64,000 bases of DNA from Porphyridium purpureum (GCA_008690995.1 VRMN01000004.1:682001-746000), one strand, 5' to 3'; positions 9,901-19,416 are shown, counted from the first letter of the stretch. Notes: generated from the letters alone by a model not told the origin. A program made the numbers and translations.

Positions 9901-10720
9901 CCCTGCGACGTAACCTTGCCCTGGGGAGATCCTCCAAACGCTCTGGCTTGATGCGAATCGTATGCTCGACGAGGTCTGTCTTACCCAGCTCCGGCCGGAA
10001 GAGAACCCAAAACTTCTTCAAGAGCCCTTTCATCTCCCTGCTTTGCGCTTCATCCAAATGCTCAAAGATCTTGGCTTCAATGGTAGAACAAACAGCCTCG
10101 TTGTGACCTGCATACTTTTCTTCGAGGGCCTGGATTCGCTTCTTCACTTCTGCTCCATCAGCAATATAGTGCACCGCCTCCAACTGCACCGTGGGTTTGG
10201 CTTCCTCATACATCGATCCCAGGATCCTGTGTCTTTCCAGGCATGTATGACACACGGCTTCCTGTGCACTGGAAACGTCTCGGTTGACAAAAGTAATCCA
10301 TCCGCCCGAGCGTAGGCCCAGACCCTTTCCCGGGATCAAGCAACTGACATGCTTGGCAAGAAAACGCATTCCCAGTATGAGATCAGGTCCGAGGTTCCTC
10401 ATAATCCGGACGCTTTCCTCCGACTGAATTCCCTCACCAACCCAAATTGTGGCAACGCTCTCCTCGGCCTCCCCCAACACCTCATTGGTTGGGCCCAATG
10501 CCTGTGTGTGGGTCTTTCTGCGAAGAAGCCCAAGACGGTCAGCCAAATCGTCGTTCATCCACGTGGATAAAGCCCCCGTATCAACCAGCGCAGTAGTCCG
10601 AACCTTCAGACCTCCCCATTCAGCCTGTACGTGTATCCATGGATACGAGCCCAGTGGGACTGCCTCCGACAATTCTTCAGATTCCGGGGGGCCTTCGCAT
10701 CCCCCCGCTACTCGTTTTTT
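6935..10720 (-). CDS. G1 pol (PR-RT-RH-IN-chromodomain), expressed by -1 frameshift
   Basis: LVDTGA; LDLKDGFFQV...LPQG...YIDD; TDASSTGLGA...TDHSAL; integrase HHCC and SDRG...YHPQTNGVVER; C-terminal chromodomain IEAIAGDR...EYRVRWRGLGKRGDTWEPE. Confidence 0.95.
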   Translation of the reverse strand, partial: KKRVAGGCEGPPESEELSEAVPLGSYPWIHVQAEWGGLKVRTTALVDTGALSTWMNDDLADRLGLLRRKTHTQALGPTNEVLGEAEESVATIWVGEGIQSEESVRIMRNLGPDLILGMRFLAKHVSCLIPGKGLGLRSGGWITFVNRDVSSAQEAVCHTCLERHRILGSMYEEAKPTVQLEAVHYIADGAEVKKRIQALEEKYAGHNEAVCSTIEAKIFEHLDEAQSREMKGLLKKFWVLFRPELGKTDLVEHTIRIKPERLEDLPRARLRRRAPAVTQAEREMVQGLVARGVLEPSLSDVSSQNVMVKKPNGGWRLTTDFRTLNDATVKDRYPIPDVGEMIDWFASWKFKSILDLKDGFFQVPLAPESRPLTAIITPDGLFQYCRLPQGCCNSPSTFQRLTNTVLGPLRYLNALVYIDDLAIGTKTFEEHLQALQRVLEQFCAAGLVFSLSKCRFGALRVEFLGHDIGLDGIRPSQRKTEAVRAWQEPRNAKELQQFIGLVGWFRNFIEGFEEVCRPLRDAMKGLQINAKGSKWKKYPMNSADWQARFGEPQSQALLSLREALSDPETGDRKVLAAYDPEAEHTLWTDASSTGLGAMLTQREGTGDRPVAFYSRLLRPAEQNYTVTEKECLAAIAAMEHFRHYLYGKRFVLMTDHSALSWLMRQKEPQGRIARWILKVQDFDFQVQHHPGKANTVADALSRPAVRMNEEEARVASESNKSETLNNTSEIELIGLNAVEDEEVKRVVRLAEMLQEEIQGPASGADGGMVPVTSAGVRELLLHTGEHTGANDAYTPPSMEEIVAAYADDTDIQEQLKNLKADKPEYTYPEYTVDEDGVIWAMLRDESRVVIPNALVQRVLHVYHSTPLSGHLGIGKTAKRVSDARYWWTGWTEDVRQFVLCCHECFSRKTKAPPRRARMQVYRAVRRFEIVSIDVLSITPTTTRGHSKVVIMVDAFTKWVRAHAVKDETAATLARVFLDGWVCDFGPPESLLSDRGPGFVADILSKMCENLGVGRMLTTAYHPQTNGVVERFNQTVCQMLSAYVCANGKDWDRWLPVMVYAYNTARHASTKMSPFELLYGEPARDWASMAGPRAVEQADDLAKKLAACHAIANKNAKIAQDRYTKNYDRRVREHDFKPGDVVYVWAPPSGEGRKLKKPWVGPLSILRMVGVHAVLCSEGHPDGKLVHVNRLARAHKDLLEASGSQVLQGEDGSWAIEAIAGDRVVGGRREYRVRWRGLGKRGDTWEPELALPPMMVAAYRDA
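10685..10720 (-). promoter_or_regulatory. -1 ribosomal frameshift signal of G1
   Basis: A AAA AAC heptamer (10720-10714) in the gag frame, 6-nt spacer, then a CGGGGGG...CCCCCCG stem-loop; the -1 frame is open into pol. Confidence 0.88.
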
Positions 10721-11649
10721 GTCTGGCGTTCTTCGGTCCTCTGCCTCTTATTTTTCTCCCACTTTGGGCACTCCATGCGAACGTGGCCCCGCTCCTGGCA
10801 CTCCCAGCACTTGACCAGTCGCTTGCGAGGATTCAACCCAGGGAGCCCAGCTTCATCAAAGTTACCCAAATGGTGCACGCGCTCGGGCTTCCTCACTGCC
10901 CTTACACCGTACTGCGAGCCAAGCGCACCAAAGGTTCCATACTGACCAGCCTCCTCCAACAGAGCAGTCTTCATCAAGGTCCAGTTCCCCTGTATGCCGT
11001 ACGTCCTGGCCTGACGACGCAGCTCGGAGTTTTTCGGAAGCGCCAACGTAAGTGCCTCAATCTTGCGAGTGTCAGATTCTCCCAGAGCCGTGCAGCGATC
11101 CTCCAGGACCTCCACGAATTTCTTTAGGTCCTGGCCAATAACATACTCAACATCGTGATGCTCTGCACGAAGGGCGCGCTCGTGCTCCTTGTTGTAGAAG
11201 TAAGCAGCCACAGCCGCCCATGCCTCTTGTGCTGTTGCACCGTGCAACTCCGACAGGACCTCGTAGCATTTCCTCAGCCCCACCCCGCGGAAAACTGCAT
11301 CAATCGAGGATACATGTTGGTCTGGATCCTCTCCCATGTCACGCAGGCGATTGAACCAGACCATCTTGGCGGTCAGAAAAAGTGGATCACCGGCCTTCTC
11401 AATCTGCACGCCCGCGTCACAAATAGCCTGGCCCAGTTGAGAACGAATCTTGCCGCGCACAATGGCGGGGACACCCTCTTCCTTCTGCTGAACACTCACA
11501 ACCCCATGACTTCCTATCTCGTCACCACGAGCCGTGGGCATTGTCGGCTCTGGTGCCAGCGCGCCAGCCTGTGCACGTTCCAGCTCGCTCGAGGACGCGT
11601 GCTCTCGCGCATCGTCTGAGCCCATCGTCGTCTTCCTGCCACGCACCAT
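10708..11649 (-). CDS. G1 gag
   Basis: ATG at 11649; C-terminal zinc knuckle CWECQERGHVRMEC. Confidence 0.9.
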   Translation of the reverse strand: MVRGRKTTMGSDDAREHASSSELERAQAGALAPEPTMPTARGDEIGSHGVVSVQQKEEGVPAIVRGKIRSQLGQAICDAGVQIEKAGDPLFLTAKMVWFNRLRDMGEDPDQHVSSIDAVFRGVGLRKCYEVLSELHGATAQEAWAAVAAYFYNKEHERALRAEHHDVEYVIGQDLKKFVEVLEDRCTALGESDTRKIEALTLALPKNSELRRQARTYGIQGNWTLMKTALLEEAGQYGTFGALGSQYGVRAVRKPERVHHLGNFDEAGLPGLNPRKRLVKCWECQERGHVRMECPKWEKNKRQRTEERQTKNE

Positions 11650-11828
11650 CTTTGCGACTTCGTTCCTGCTCTGAATCCTCTCTCGCAATCCTTCACTCGG
11701 TGACCGTACGTATCAGAATGTGGACACAAGTTTGTCCAAGATCAAGACCGATCTCACGTCCACACCCCACCCTCTCTCGCACCAACGTCAGATGCCACGC
11801 AATCCTGGAAGATAATTTCCGGAAATTA

Positions 11829-12872
11829 TGTCACGAACCGTGCTGGCCCAGGACACAGCGGCACACCCAACAGCAAGCCAAGCGGCACACGCACGCACAC
11901 AAGCTGGACAATCCACGCAACCAAGAGGAAACACAAGACACCCGCAGCCAACTGGACCTGCGGCAGGCAGGAAACCCGGAACCAACGACGCTCACGCACG
12001 CTGTTCACACGCAAACAGCCAAGAGCACCCACACACGGGACCGACAGAACCAACCAAGAGCAGACACACGGGAAAGACACAGCCAACCAAGAGCACACGC
12101 ACGGAGCAGGCACAGCCAACCAAAAGCACACACACGGAAGACGCGCGTAACGGGGGAACCAGGCGTCCGCTGCCCAACCGGGATCCCGTTCGGCCACACC
12201 TTACGGTGATCCGGGACCCGGGGAGGCGTTGTGGGCAGCCGGGGTTAGCCGGAGGAGGTTGCCTCACCTTTCGGCTTCAAACGGCCTATCACTCCTTTAT
12301 CCGCCCCCGCCCACGTACCACCCCCGGATCCACTTCCGAACAAGGACCGTCTAATGACGCCTTACCCCAGGGCATCCGCGAACCTTCCCCGTTAAACCCC
12401 CCGCTCGCTCGCTCGCGCTGTACTCCCGCCGTACCCCCGCCGTACCCCCGCTGTACTCCCGCTGTACCCCGCTCCTCAACAGGTACCCAAGGCCCGAACA
12501 CGCTTCCTTGAATACACCTGTTTTTACTTAGATCCACCTTACTCCTTCTGTCTCCCGGCCCCCCTCTCCCCCCCTTGGTTGCCGACCCGCGCGTCTTTTT
12601 ATACCCATCGCGACCACTGTACCCCCGAGGTACAGTGCCTTGCTGTCGCTGAGTCTAGAACCTTCCAGAAGGTTCCAGCCACCTCCTGGCTGTACACCCA
12701 TTCCATACTGGGTGGTCATCGCGCGTCTGGTCCCTAAGGGAAGGGGCCTTCAGGCCTACCACGCGCCCCCTTGTACACCTACAGTACAGTGGGTCCGGCG
12801 CGACCAGGTATCCGGCCACGGACTATGGCTATTTTTAATCATTTCCTTAACACACGGGCTACTCCCGTGACA
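11829..12872 (-). repeat. G1 5' LTR (1044 bp)
   Basis: Direct repeat of 5639-6695; TATAAAA on the minus strand at 12603-12597. Confidence 0.94.
12657..12676. promoter_or_regulatory. Heat-shock element in G1 LTR (copy at 6480-6499)
   Basis: aGAAccTTCcaGAAggTTCc: four perfect alternating nGAAn units, ~55 bp upstream of the TATA box. Confidence 0.75.
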
Positions 12873-12876
12873 ACAG

Positions 12877-12898
12877 GATGCTCAAACAAATAGGACAC
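12877..12898 (+). repeat. Tc3-like left TIR, inner 22 bp with inner DR
   Basis: GATGCTCAAACAAATAGGACAC is the reverse complement of 19478-19499. Confidence 0.9.
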
Positions 12899-12931
12899 TT
12901 GACAAAGAGAGACTATATGGAGCTCTAGGGA

Positions 12932-13784
12932 CTAAAAGTTCTGGACGTTTGCGCCCTCCTTGTTCACGCACCGGTGTAGACGTGCATTCCACCCCGTCAG
13001 AAGGCTCCGAACCTCTGCGTTCGTGATCGACGCCCAGACTTCTATGATTTCAGCCTCCAGCTCCGAGAGAGACTCATACTGCCTGTTTCCGGCGTACATT
13101 CGGCGCGACATTATGCTCCACACGTTCTCCACCGGATTCAGGTCTGGCGAGTACGCTGGCCAATCCATTACATGCCATCCTTCGCGCGCGAAGAAGGACT
13201 TTGTATTCCGCGCCACATGAGCAGGGGCATTGTCCTGCATGAATGTCCATCCTTCTGGATGGGTTTCACTGACGATGGTCGCCACTCGAGAGGACTCCAG
13301 CATGGCCACATAGTTTTCTGAAGTGATCCTTGCTGGGGTCTTCAGGAGCGCCATCTTCCCAGCGGAAGAAATTGCCATCCAAAACATCACACTTCCACCG
13401 CCCGTATGACGGCGGACTCGATCCGGGAACTCTCCTGTCCGGACCCACTGACCAGAATACCCATCAGGGCCATCTAAATTGAACTTCTTTTCATCCGTAA
13501 AGATGACTTTCCTATGCTCTTCAATTTTATTCAGATTTTGCATGGCAAATGCCACGCGACGCAGCCGATTCTCACGGGAAAGAGGCTGCCTGACGATGGC
13601 ACGCCGAAAGGACAGATCATCGGCCATATTGCGCCTCACTGTCTCACGGGTTACCGGCTTCCTTTGGGACCTGCCGGTATTGACCTGCATTGTGGGAGCC
13701 TTTAGAGGGCTCCTAGGAGCCGCTCTAAGTTTATTGAAAACACGCGTTTGAGCGGGTCCTGTGAATTTACGGGCATTCTGATTG
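12932..13784 (-). pseudogene. Tc3-like transposase, C-terminal part (interrupted by G2)
   Basis: VIFTDEKKFNLDGPDG; FMQDNAPAH...SPDLNPVENVW with D-34-E spacing. Confidence 0.93.
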
Positions 13785-13789
13785 CCGAC

Positions 13790-14086
13790 TGTTACCAATG
13801 CTGTGCCTTTTACTCTGCTTCTTCTTTCTTGCCTCTCCTGTCTCCGAGCAAGACCTGACCGGCTAGTCCGGGCAGGCGCGTCGCCTTTTTATACCCTTAC
13901 TTCCGCCAGGGACAGCAAGGCGCCAAGAGAAATGACAATGCAAACCATTGGCATTTCTGCGCGCGTCTAGAAGGTTCTGGAACCTCTAGAAGGTTCTAGA
14001 AACGGTTAAACGGTCTACCGGCTTAGCGGCTTACCGGTTTCGGATTAACCGAACCGTTCTAGGTGACTGGGGTCGAACGGATAACA
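13790..14086 (-). repeat. G2 3' LTR
   Basis: Direct repeat of 18960-19255; PPT AAGAGGGGGGGAGA at 14100-14087. Confidence 0.94.
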
Positions 14087-14205
14087 TCTCCCCCCCTCTT
14101 GGCTCGACGTCTCGGCGAGACTCCAAACTAAGTTGCATTCTTGGCTCGAGGAACCCGCGCTCCGGGAGAAAACCTCTGCCTAGCAAACTTCTCACAATAC
14201 CCAAG

Positions 14206-17200
14206 TCATTCGGAGTCAGACTCCTCGATAATTTTCAACAAGTCTGGCTCAGAATCGGACGCCGGCATTTCGTCGGGTACTTCTTCATCATTTTCCCCTG
14301 CCATGTAGTCTTCGCGTCCATAGTATGGCTTCAGATGCTGGATCGGAAAAACATCATGACAAGCCACACCCTCAGGCAAAACCACTCGGTAAGCATGCGA
14401 GCTTACCTTCTCAATGACAGGCACCGGACCAAGAAACTTTGGTGCCTCCAAATCACTCTTGTTCGGCCGCAGTTGCGGCGCCGTGACCAACACTTGATCA
14501 CCAACTTGAAACTCCCGGGCATCCTTGCTTCGATCGAAGAACTTCTGCATTCTCCCCTGGGCTTCGATCAAATTGTCGCGGACTTCTTCATGGACTTTGC
14601 ACAGGCGAAACCAGTGCTCCGCCATGTCCTTCGTCTGTCCGTCGCGCGCAGGCCTCCACCCTTCGCTCGGTGGAAACCAAGGATCCCTTCCATATACCAC
14701 TTTGAACGGCGCGAATCCAGTGGCACTGCTTGGTGCAGAGTTGTACGCAAACTCGTACAACGGCAAGTCTCGCACCCAGCCACTATTCGTCGCCATCAAC
14801 TTGAGCATTTCCCGAATCACGCGGTTCACTCGCTCAGTTTGGCCATCTGTCTGCGGGTGGTTGGCAGTAGACATTGCCAACTTCATGCCCACCCGCTTGC
14901 TCAGCTGCTGCCAAAAGGTGGACGTGAACAGCGGATCTCGGTCAGATACAATTGACTTGGGGTATCCGAAACGGCTCACGACGTGCTTCACGAACAAGTC
15001 AGCACAACGCTTTGCTGTCAAGTCCTTGCGCGTCGGGATGAACAGCGCCATCTTCGAATAGCGATCCACCACAGTCATGATTGCATCACAGCTGCCTTCG
15101 CTCCGAGGCAGCTCTGTCACAAAGTCCATCGAGATGTCGACCCAAGGTCCTTCTGGGATCGACAAGGGCTTCAGCTTTCCAAACGACCGATTCTCTGACT
15201 TTGTCACTTGGCATGCGTGACAAGTCTTCACAAAACGGCTCACGTCTCGCTTCATCTTTGGCCAGTAGAAGCGAGTGATCAAAGATGCATACGTCGTGTC
15301 TGCCCCACGGTGTCCTGCTGTCGGGATATCGTGGTGGAGTTGCATGACACGCTCTCTGAACTTCCTCGGCACGCAAACGCGATTCCTCAAGTACAAGAGC
15401 CCAGCTTCGGTTCGAAAACCCTGGTGGGTCGGTAAGTCTTCCATCAAAGTACCCAAGTCTGGGTCACTCGAGTACGAACCCACGAATGCCTGGAAACCCG
15501 CACCAAATTCATCACACCGAACTTGGTACTCTAGCGCGTGCAACTCTGGCTTCCTCGACAAAGCATCGGCTACCACGTTCGACTTTCCCTTCACATAGTC
15601 GATCGTGATGTCAAACTCGGCTAAAAAGTCCAACCACCGTGCCTGCCGGCCATTCAGCTCCTTCTGCGTCATCAGATGTTTCAACGCCTCATGATCCGTA
15701 TGAAGCACAAACTTTGCCCCGTACAGATAAGGTCGAAACTCTCGCAGACAGTGAATGACGGCCATGAGCTCACCTTCGTAGCTGCTGTACCTGGTCTCTC
15801 GGTCCAGCAGCTTACTCGACGTAAACGCGACCGGTCTGCCTTCCTGTGCCAGCCATCCCCCCACCGCGACTTCAGAGCGGTCCGTGTACACCTCAAATGG
15901 CTTTTCAGGGTCTGGCAAGGCCAACACCGGCGCTTCCGTCAACATCCCGACAATCTTCTTGAAGGCCGACTTGCCTTCATCTCCCAGTTCGATCAGCTGC
16001 TTCTTCGACTTTGCGCTCTGCAACAGCGAAGTCAGCGGCGCCACGACGGTAGAGTATCCTTTGACAAACCTGCGAAACCAGTTTGTCATTCCCAAAAAGG
16101 ATCTCAACTCCGTCACCGTCTTTGGCACTGGCCAATCTCTCAAAGCTTCCACCTTCCGTGGATCCATCTTCACGCAACCGTTGCCGACAATGTTCCCCAG
16201 GTATTCGACTTCAGAAACGAAGAAGCTGCACTTCTTGCGCTTCAACCGATACCCCGCCCTTTGCAAGCGCGACAACACTTCCTTCAGGACCTCGCCGTGC
16301 GACTGCCGATCCTTGGTGAAGACCAAAATATCGTCCAAGTAGACAATGACGGTCTTGTCCAGCAGATCTGCAAACAGCTCGTTCATGGCCCTCTGAAAAG
16401 TTGCCGGCGCGTTGCAAAGACCAAACGGCATCACACGGAACTCGAACTGTCCGTACCTGGTCTGGAACGCGGTCTTCGGCACGTCCTCTCCCCGAACACG
16501 CAACTGGTGGTATCCCGATGCCAAATCCAACTTTGAAAAACAATGAGCTGCTCCCAGTCGATCCAGCAACTCATCCATGTTCGGCAAGGGATACCGGTCC
16601 TTCACGGTTGCGTCGTTCAACGCCCGATAATCCACGCACATCCTCATGCTGCCGTCTTTCTTCTTCACGAACAGCACGGGTGCTCCAAAGGGGCTCTGAC
16701 TCGGCTGGACGAATCCCTTGTCCAGCAAGTCATCCAAAGTCTCTCGGAGGACTTTCAACTCCGCAGGGCTCAGTCGGTAGACCCTGCCCACTCTCACAGG
16801 CTTCTCATCTTTCAGCCTAATCACATGCTCCACTGTTCGGCTCTCAGGCAGCCCACGTGGCTCCTCGAACAGATTTTCAAAATCATTGAGCATCTTCTTC
16901 ACAGAGTCATCTCCTTTGGGCTCCACTGAACAGGGCTCCTCCCTTCCTTTCAGCACGCCGAGGTAGCACTCTTCTACCTCCTGACTCTTCAACAGCCGAC
17001 GGAGCTCTTTCCGCGGCACCAGCATCTGCGTCATGCTCCAGGCCTTCTTCTCTCCGTAGGCCAACATGCCAGACTGCCAATCAATCACTGGGTTCTCCCG
17101 CTTCAGCCACTCCATGCCCAAGATTGCGTCTTGTCCCGCAATCCGGCAAATGGCAAAGTTAGCGGCCCCTGAGTACCCATCGCTCAGTTCAAACTTGACA

Positions 17201-17604
17201 TTGGAGACTTCTCCGGCTGTCTCCAATACAGACCCGTCTGCCAGGGTCACATGATCTCTCTTCCACGACGCCTTCCGCTTCAGGCCGTCGGATTTCTGCA
17301 CAAAGTCCACGCTCATAAAGTTGTCCGTCGCGCCACTGTCAATCAAAAACGTGGCCTCTCCGTCGGACTTGTGCACTTTTCCTCGAACTCGAAGAAGCAT
17401 GGCAGCTCCCATCCCTCCAAGTTCCTTGATCACGGGCTGATTTTCGCTCGAGTTTCGCCCACGAGGTTTCGGACAGCCAGACCTTGGCTTACCAAGGCCA
17501 CCACAGCGGTCTCCATTGCCGCCCCTAGAGGTCTCGTAACGTCTGCGAGCCTCCTTTCCCTCTGACTGTCCGAGGAACCTCTCTGCTCGAGCTCCTAGTT
17601 TTTT
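14206..17604 (-). CDS. G2 pol (PR-RT-RH-IN), expressed by -1 frameshift
   Basis: LIDSGA; LDLASGYHQL...MPFGLCNAPATFQ...YLDD; TDHEALK; ISMDFVT...SDRDP...HPQTDGQTER; acidic C-terminus. Confidence 0.95.
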   Translation of the reverse strand, partial: KKLGARAERFLGQSEGKEARRRYETSRGGNGDRCGGLGKPRSGCPKPRGRNSSENQPVIKELGGMGAAMLLRVRGKVHKSDGEATFLIDSGATDNFMSVDFVQKSDGLKRKASWKRDHVTLADGSVLETAGEVSNVKFELSDGYSGAANFAICRIAGQDAILGMEWLKRENPVIDWQSGMLAYGEKKAWSMTQMLVPRKELRRLLKSQEVEECYLGVLKGREEPCSVEPKGDDSVKKMLNDFENLFEEPRGLPESRTVEHVIRLKDEKPVRVGRVYRLSPAELKVLRETLDDLLDKGFVQPSQSPFGAPVLFVKKKDGSMRMCVDYRALNDATVKDRYPLPNMDELLDRLGAAHCFSKLDLASGYHQLRVRGEDVPKTAFQTRYGQFEFRVMPFGLCNAPATFQRAMNELFADLLDKTVIVYLDDILVFTKDRQSHGEVLKEVLSRLQRAGYRLKRKKCSFFVSEVEYLGNIVGNGCVKMDPRKVEALRDWPVPKTVTELRSFLGMTNWFRRFVKGYSTVVAPLTSLLQSAKSKKQLIELGDEGKSAFKKIVGMLTEAPVLALPDPEKPFEVYTDRSEVAVGGWLAQEGRPVAFTSSKLLDRETRYSSYEGELMAVIHCLREFRPYLYGAKFVLHTDHEALKHLMTQKELNGRQARWLDFLAEFDITIDYVKGKSNVVADALSRKPELHALEYQVRCDEFGAGFQAFVGSYSSDPDLGTLMEDLPTHQGFRTEAGLLYLRNRVCVPRKFRERVMQLHHDIPTAGHRGADTTYASLITRFYWPKMKRDVSRFVKTCHACQVTKSENRSFGKLKPLSIPEGPWVDISMDFVTELPRSEGSCDAIMTVVDRYSKMALFIPTRKDLTAKRCADLFVKHVVSRFGYPKSIVSDRDPLFTSTFWQQLSKRVGMKLAMSTANHPQTDGQTERVNRVIREMLKLMATNSGWVRDLPLYEFAYNSAPSSATGFAPFKVVYGRDPWFPPSEGWRPARDGQTKDMAEHWFRLCKVHEEVRDNLIEAQGRMQKFFDRSKDAREFQVGDQVLVTAPQLRPNKSDLEAPKFLGPVPVIEKVSSHAYRVVLPEGVACHDVFPIQHLKPYYGREDYMAGENDEEVPDEMPASDSEPDLLKIIEESDSE
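17570..17604 (-). promoter_or_regulatory. -1 ribosomal frameshift signal of G2
   Basis: A AAA AAC (17604-17598) immediately before the gag stop; pol is in the -1 frame; possible downstream stem AGGAGC...GTTCCT. Confidence 0.8.
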
Positions 17605-18389
17605 GACTCCAGCGAGTCTCCCTCCAGCTGCTGGATAGTCTTCCTTGCCTCGGGACACGTCCTGGCGATGTGCCCCGGCTTTCCACAATTCCAGCACTTG
17701 ATCTCGGTACGAACACGCCTCTGACCCTGCACATGTCCCAGCTCCATCGGGACAGGTCCTTCCTGCGCTGCACGACCGAAAAATGGCGCCCTCACACTTG
17801 AATCACGCACGCCGCGGGTCGCATGAATGGCGTCGTCCACGACCACCGCCACCTGCGCAGCCTCCGCAAACGTGCTCACTCCTCGCTTGTACACTTCCAA
17901 GCGGACCTCGGGCTTCAGACCCCTCACAAAGCGGTCCATCATTTCTGCGTCCGACAAGTCCGGAATCACAAGTGCCGCGTCCTGAAAAGCCGCCACATAC
18001 GCATGGGCCGGGCCTTTCTGCGAAAGACGCGTCAACTTGTCCCTTGCACGCCTGATCGAATCCTGCGGCGTGAACCGAGCACTCACGAGGGCAGCAAAAT
18101 CATTCCACGTCGTGGGGATCTCCTGCGGGTAGTGTTCGCAGTTTAGAACCCACCAATGAAGCGCTTCTCCCTCGAAATAGTCTGATGCCAGGTCCACAGC
18201 ACGCCTCTCCGCAAGCAGACGTTTCTCCAAATCGTCCGGGTGGAAGCTCTCCAACAGCCGGCCCAAGATCTTCTTTCTCGCCTGGAACAACCACGTCTTC
18301 ACGACCAGAAGGTCCCTCTTCCCGTCGAACCTCATCAGACGGGCCTCCTTCGGGCCACGTGGTCCCAGCGTCTCCGAATCAATCTCCAT
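17595..18389 (-). CDS. G2 gag
   Basis: ATG at 18389; retrotransposon gag motif (FEGEALHWW...F...F...LSQKG...FVRGLK), PVPMELG, zinc knuckle CWNCGKPGHIARTC. Confidence 0.92.
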   Translation of the reverse strand: MEIDSETLGPRGPKEARLMRFDGKRDLLVVKTWLFQARKKILGRLLESFHPDDLEKRLLAERRAVDLASDYFEGEALHWWVLNCEHYPQEIPTTWNDFAALVSARFTPQDSIRRARDKLTRLSQKGPAHAYVAAFQDAALVIPDLSDAEMMDRFVRGLKPEVRLEVYKRGVSTFAEAAQVAVVVDDAIHATRGVRDSSVRAPFFGRAAQEGPVPMELGHVQGQRRVRTEIKCWNCGKPGHIARTCPEARKTIQQLEGDSLESKN

Positions 18390-18945
18390 GCTTTCTGGAC
18401 TAAAGCACACTCAACGATCACGACAACGACACAAACAGCAAGCCTCCGACGCTCACTTTCTCCAACAGCTGCGCGCACCACGAACGGGCTCGGTCGCCCT
18501 CACGAACACAAACCGACACACGAAGCTGTCCTCTCACGCACACACACGCACAGCAATCTTCTCACGTACACACGACAAAACACACAGCAATCCTCCTCTG
18601 TTGCGCTGGATGGGGAGCGGCCCGGGCCTTTGCACTGGGGCGGGGATTATAGATGCGATCTTATATGGAGGTGTTCGGCGCCTACCTTCGCAAAGGTGGT
18701 CGTGCGACACTAGGATGAATCCTAGTGAAGGCTGACCGTTACGGCTCTTGCCTACTAATACGTGCTAAGGCAGAGAGCGAGTCCGCCGTCAAGGCCTAGG
18801 CCTATCGTACAGCCAAGACTGAGACCCGCTTCCACCCGTCGCACCCTCCGGATCGACTTACTCGAACCCCCTCACCCGCAGACTCTCCCACCCAGGCAAC
18901 CCCAGAGAAACTCTAAGAGAACCTTAGAGCAACCCCAGGTAACCA

Positions 18946-18957
18946 GCGATGATACCA
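18946..18957 (-). other. G2 primer-binding site (tRNA-iMet type)
   Basis: TGGTATCATCGC, 2 nt after the 5' LTR; resembles the canonical TGGTATCAGAGC. Confidence 0.8.
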
Positions 18958-18959
18958 AA

Positions 18960-19255
18960 TGTTACCAATGCTGTGCCTTTTACTCTGCTTCTTCTTCTTG
19001 CCTCTCCTGTCTCCGAGCAAGACCTGACCGGCTAGTCCGGGCAGGCGCGTCGCCTTTTTATACCCTTACTTCCGCCAGGGACAGCAAGGCGCCAAGAGAA
19101 ATGACAATGCAAACCATTGGCATTTCTGCGCGCGTCTAGAAGGTTCTGGAACCTCTAGAAGGTTCTAGAAACGGTTAAACGGTCTACCGGCTTAGCGGCT
19201 TACCGGTTTCGGATTAACCGAACCGTTCTAGGTGACTGGGGTCGAACGGATAACA
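18960..19255 (-). repeat. G2 5' LTR
   Basis: Direct repeat of 13790-14086; TATAAAA on the minus strand at 19062-19056. Confidence 0.94.
19138..19171. promoter_or_regulatory. Double heat-shock element in G2 LTR (copy at 13969-14002)
   Basis: GAAggTTCtgGAA cctcta GAAggTTCtaGAA, ~76 bp upstream of the TATA box. Confidence 0.72.
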
Positions 19256-19416
19256 CCGACGTAGCCTGGGGTCGCGTCGGGCTGGTCCAGAAAGCGTTTT
19301 ACGGCATTTCTGGACCGATCCGCGCGCGTGGCTATATCGGACGATTTCAGCCCCTCCGCGCGCCATCCCCAGATGGCACGCTTCTCCGCCTCGGTCAACG
19401 CACCCGCGCGCCCCAT
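19256..19416 (-). pseudogene. Tc3-like transposase, N-terminal HTH part
   Basis: MGRAGALTEAEKRAI...IATRADRSRNAVKRFLDQP resembles the Tc3 N-terminus; joins in frame to 13784 (161+853=1014 nt). Confidence 0.9.

Larger units (their letters stand above)
5639..12872 (-). mobile_element. Full-length Ty3/Gypsy LTR retrotransposon with integrase chromodomain (element G1)
   Basis: LTRs of 1057 and 1044 bp (TGTCAC...GTGACA); 4-bp TSD ACAG (5635-5638, 12873-12876); gag and pol intact. Confidence 0.96.
13790..19255 (-). mobile_element. Full-length Ty3/Gypsy LTR retrotransposon (element G2), no chromodomain
   Basis: LTRs of 297 and 296 bp (TGTTA...TAACA), one 1-nt indel noticed; 5-bp TSD CCGAC (13785-13789, 19256-19260). 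Confidence 0.96.

Noticed and set aside
12932..13798. 288-aa ORF as a complete transposase
   Set aside because: Its start lies in the G2 LTR; the true N-terminus is at 19416.
14087..14206. Chromodomain remnant after G2 pol
   Set aside because: Only ~120 bp lie before the LTR and no Y.V.W/TWE motif is visible.
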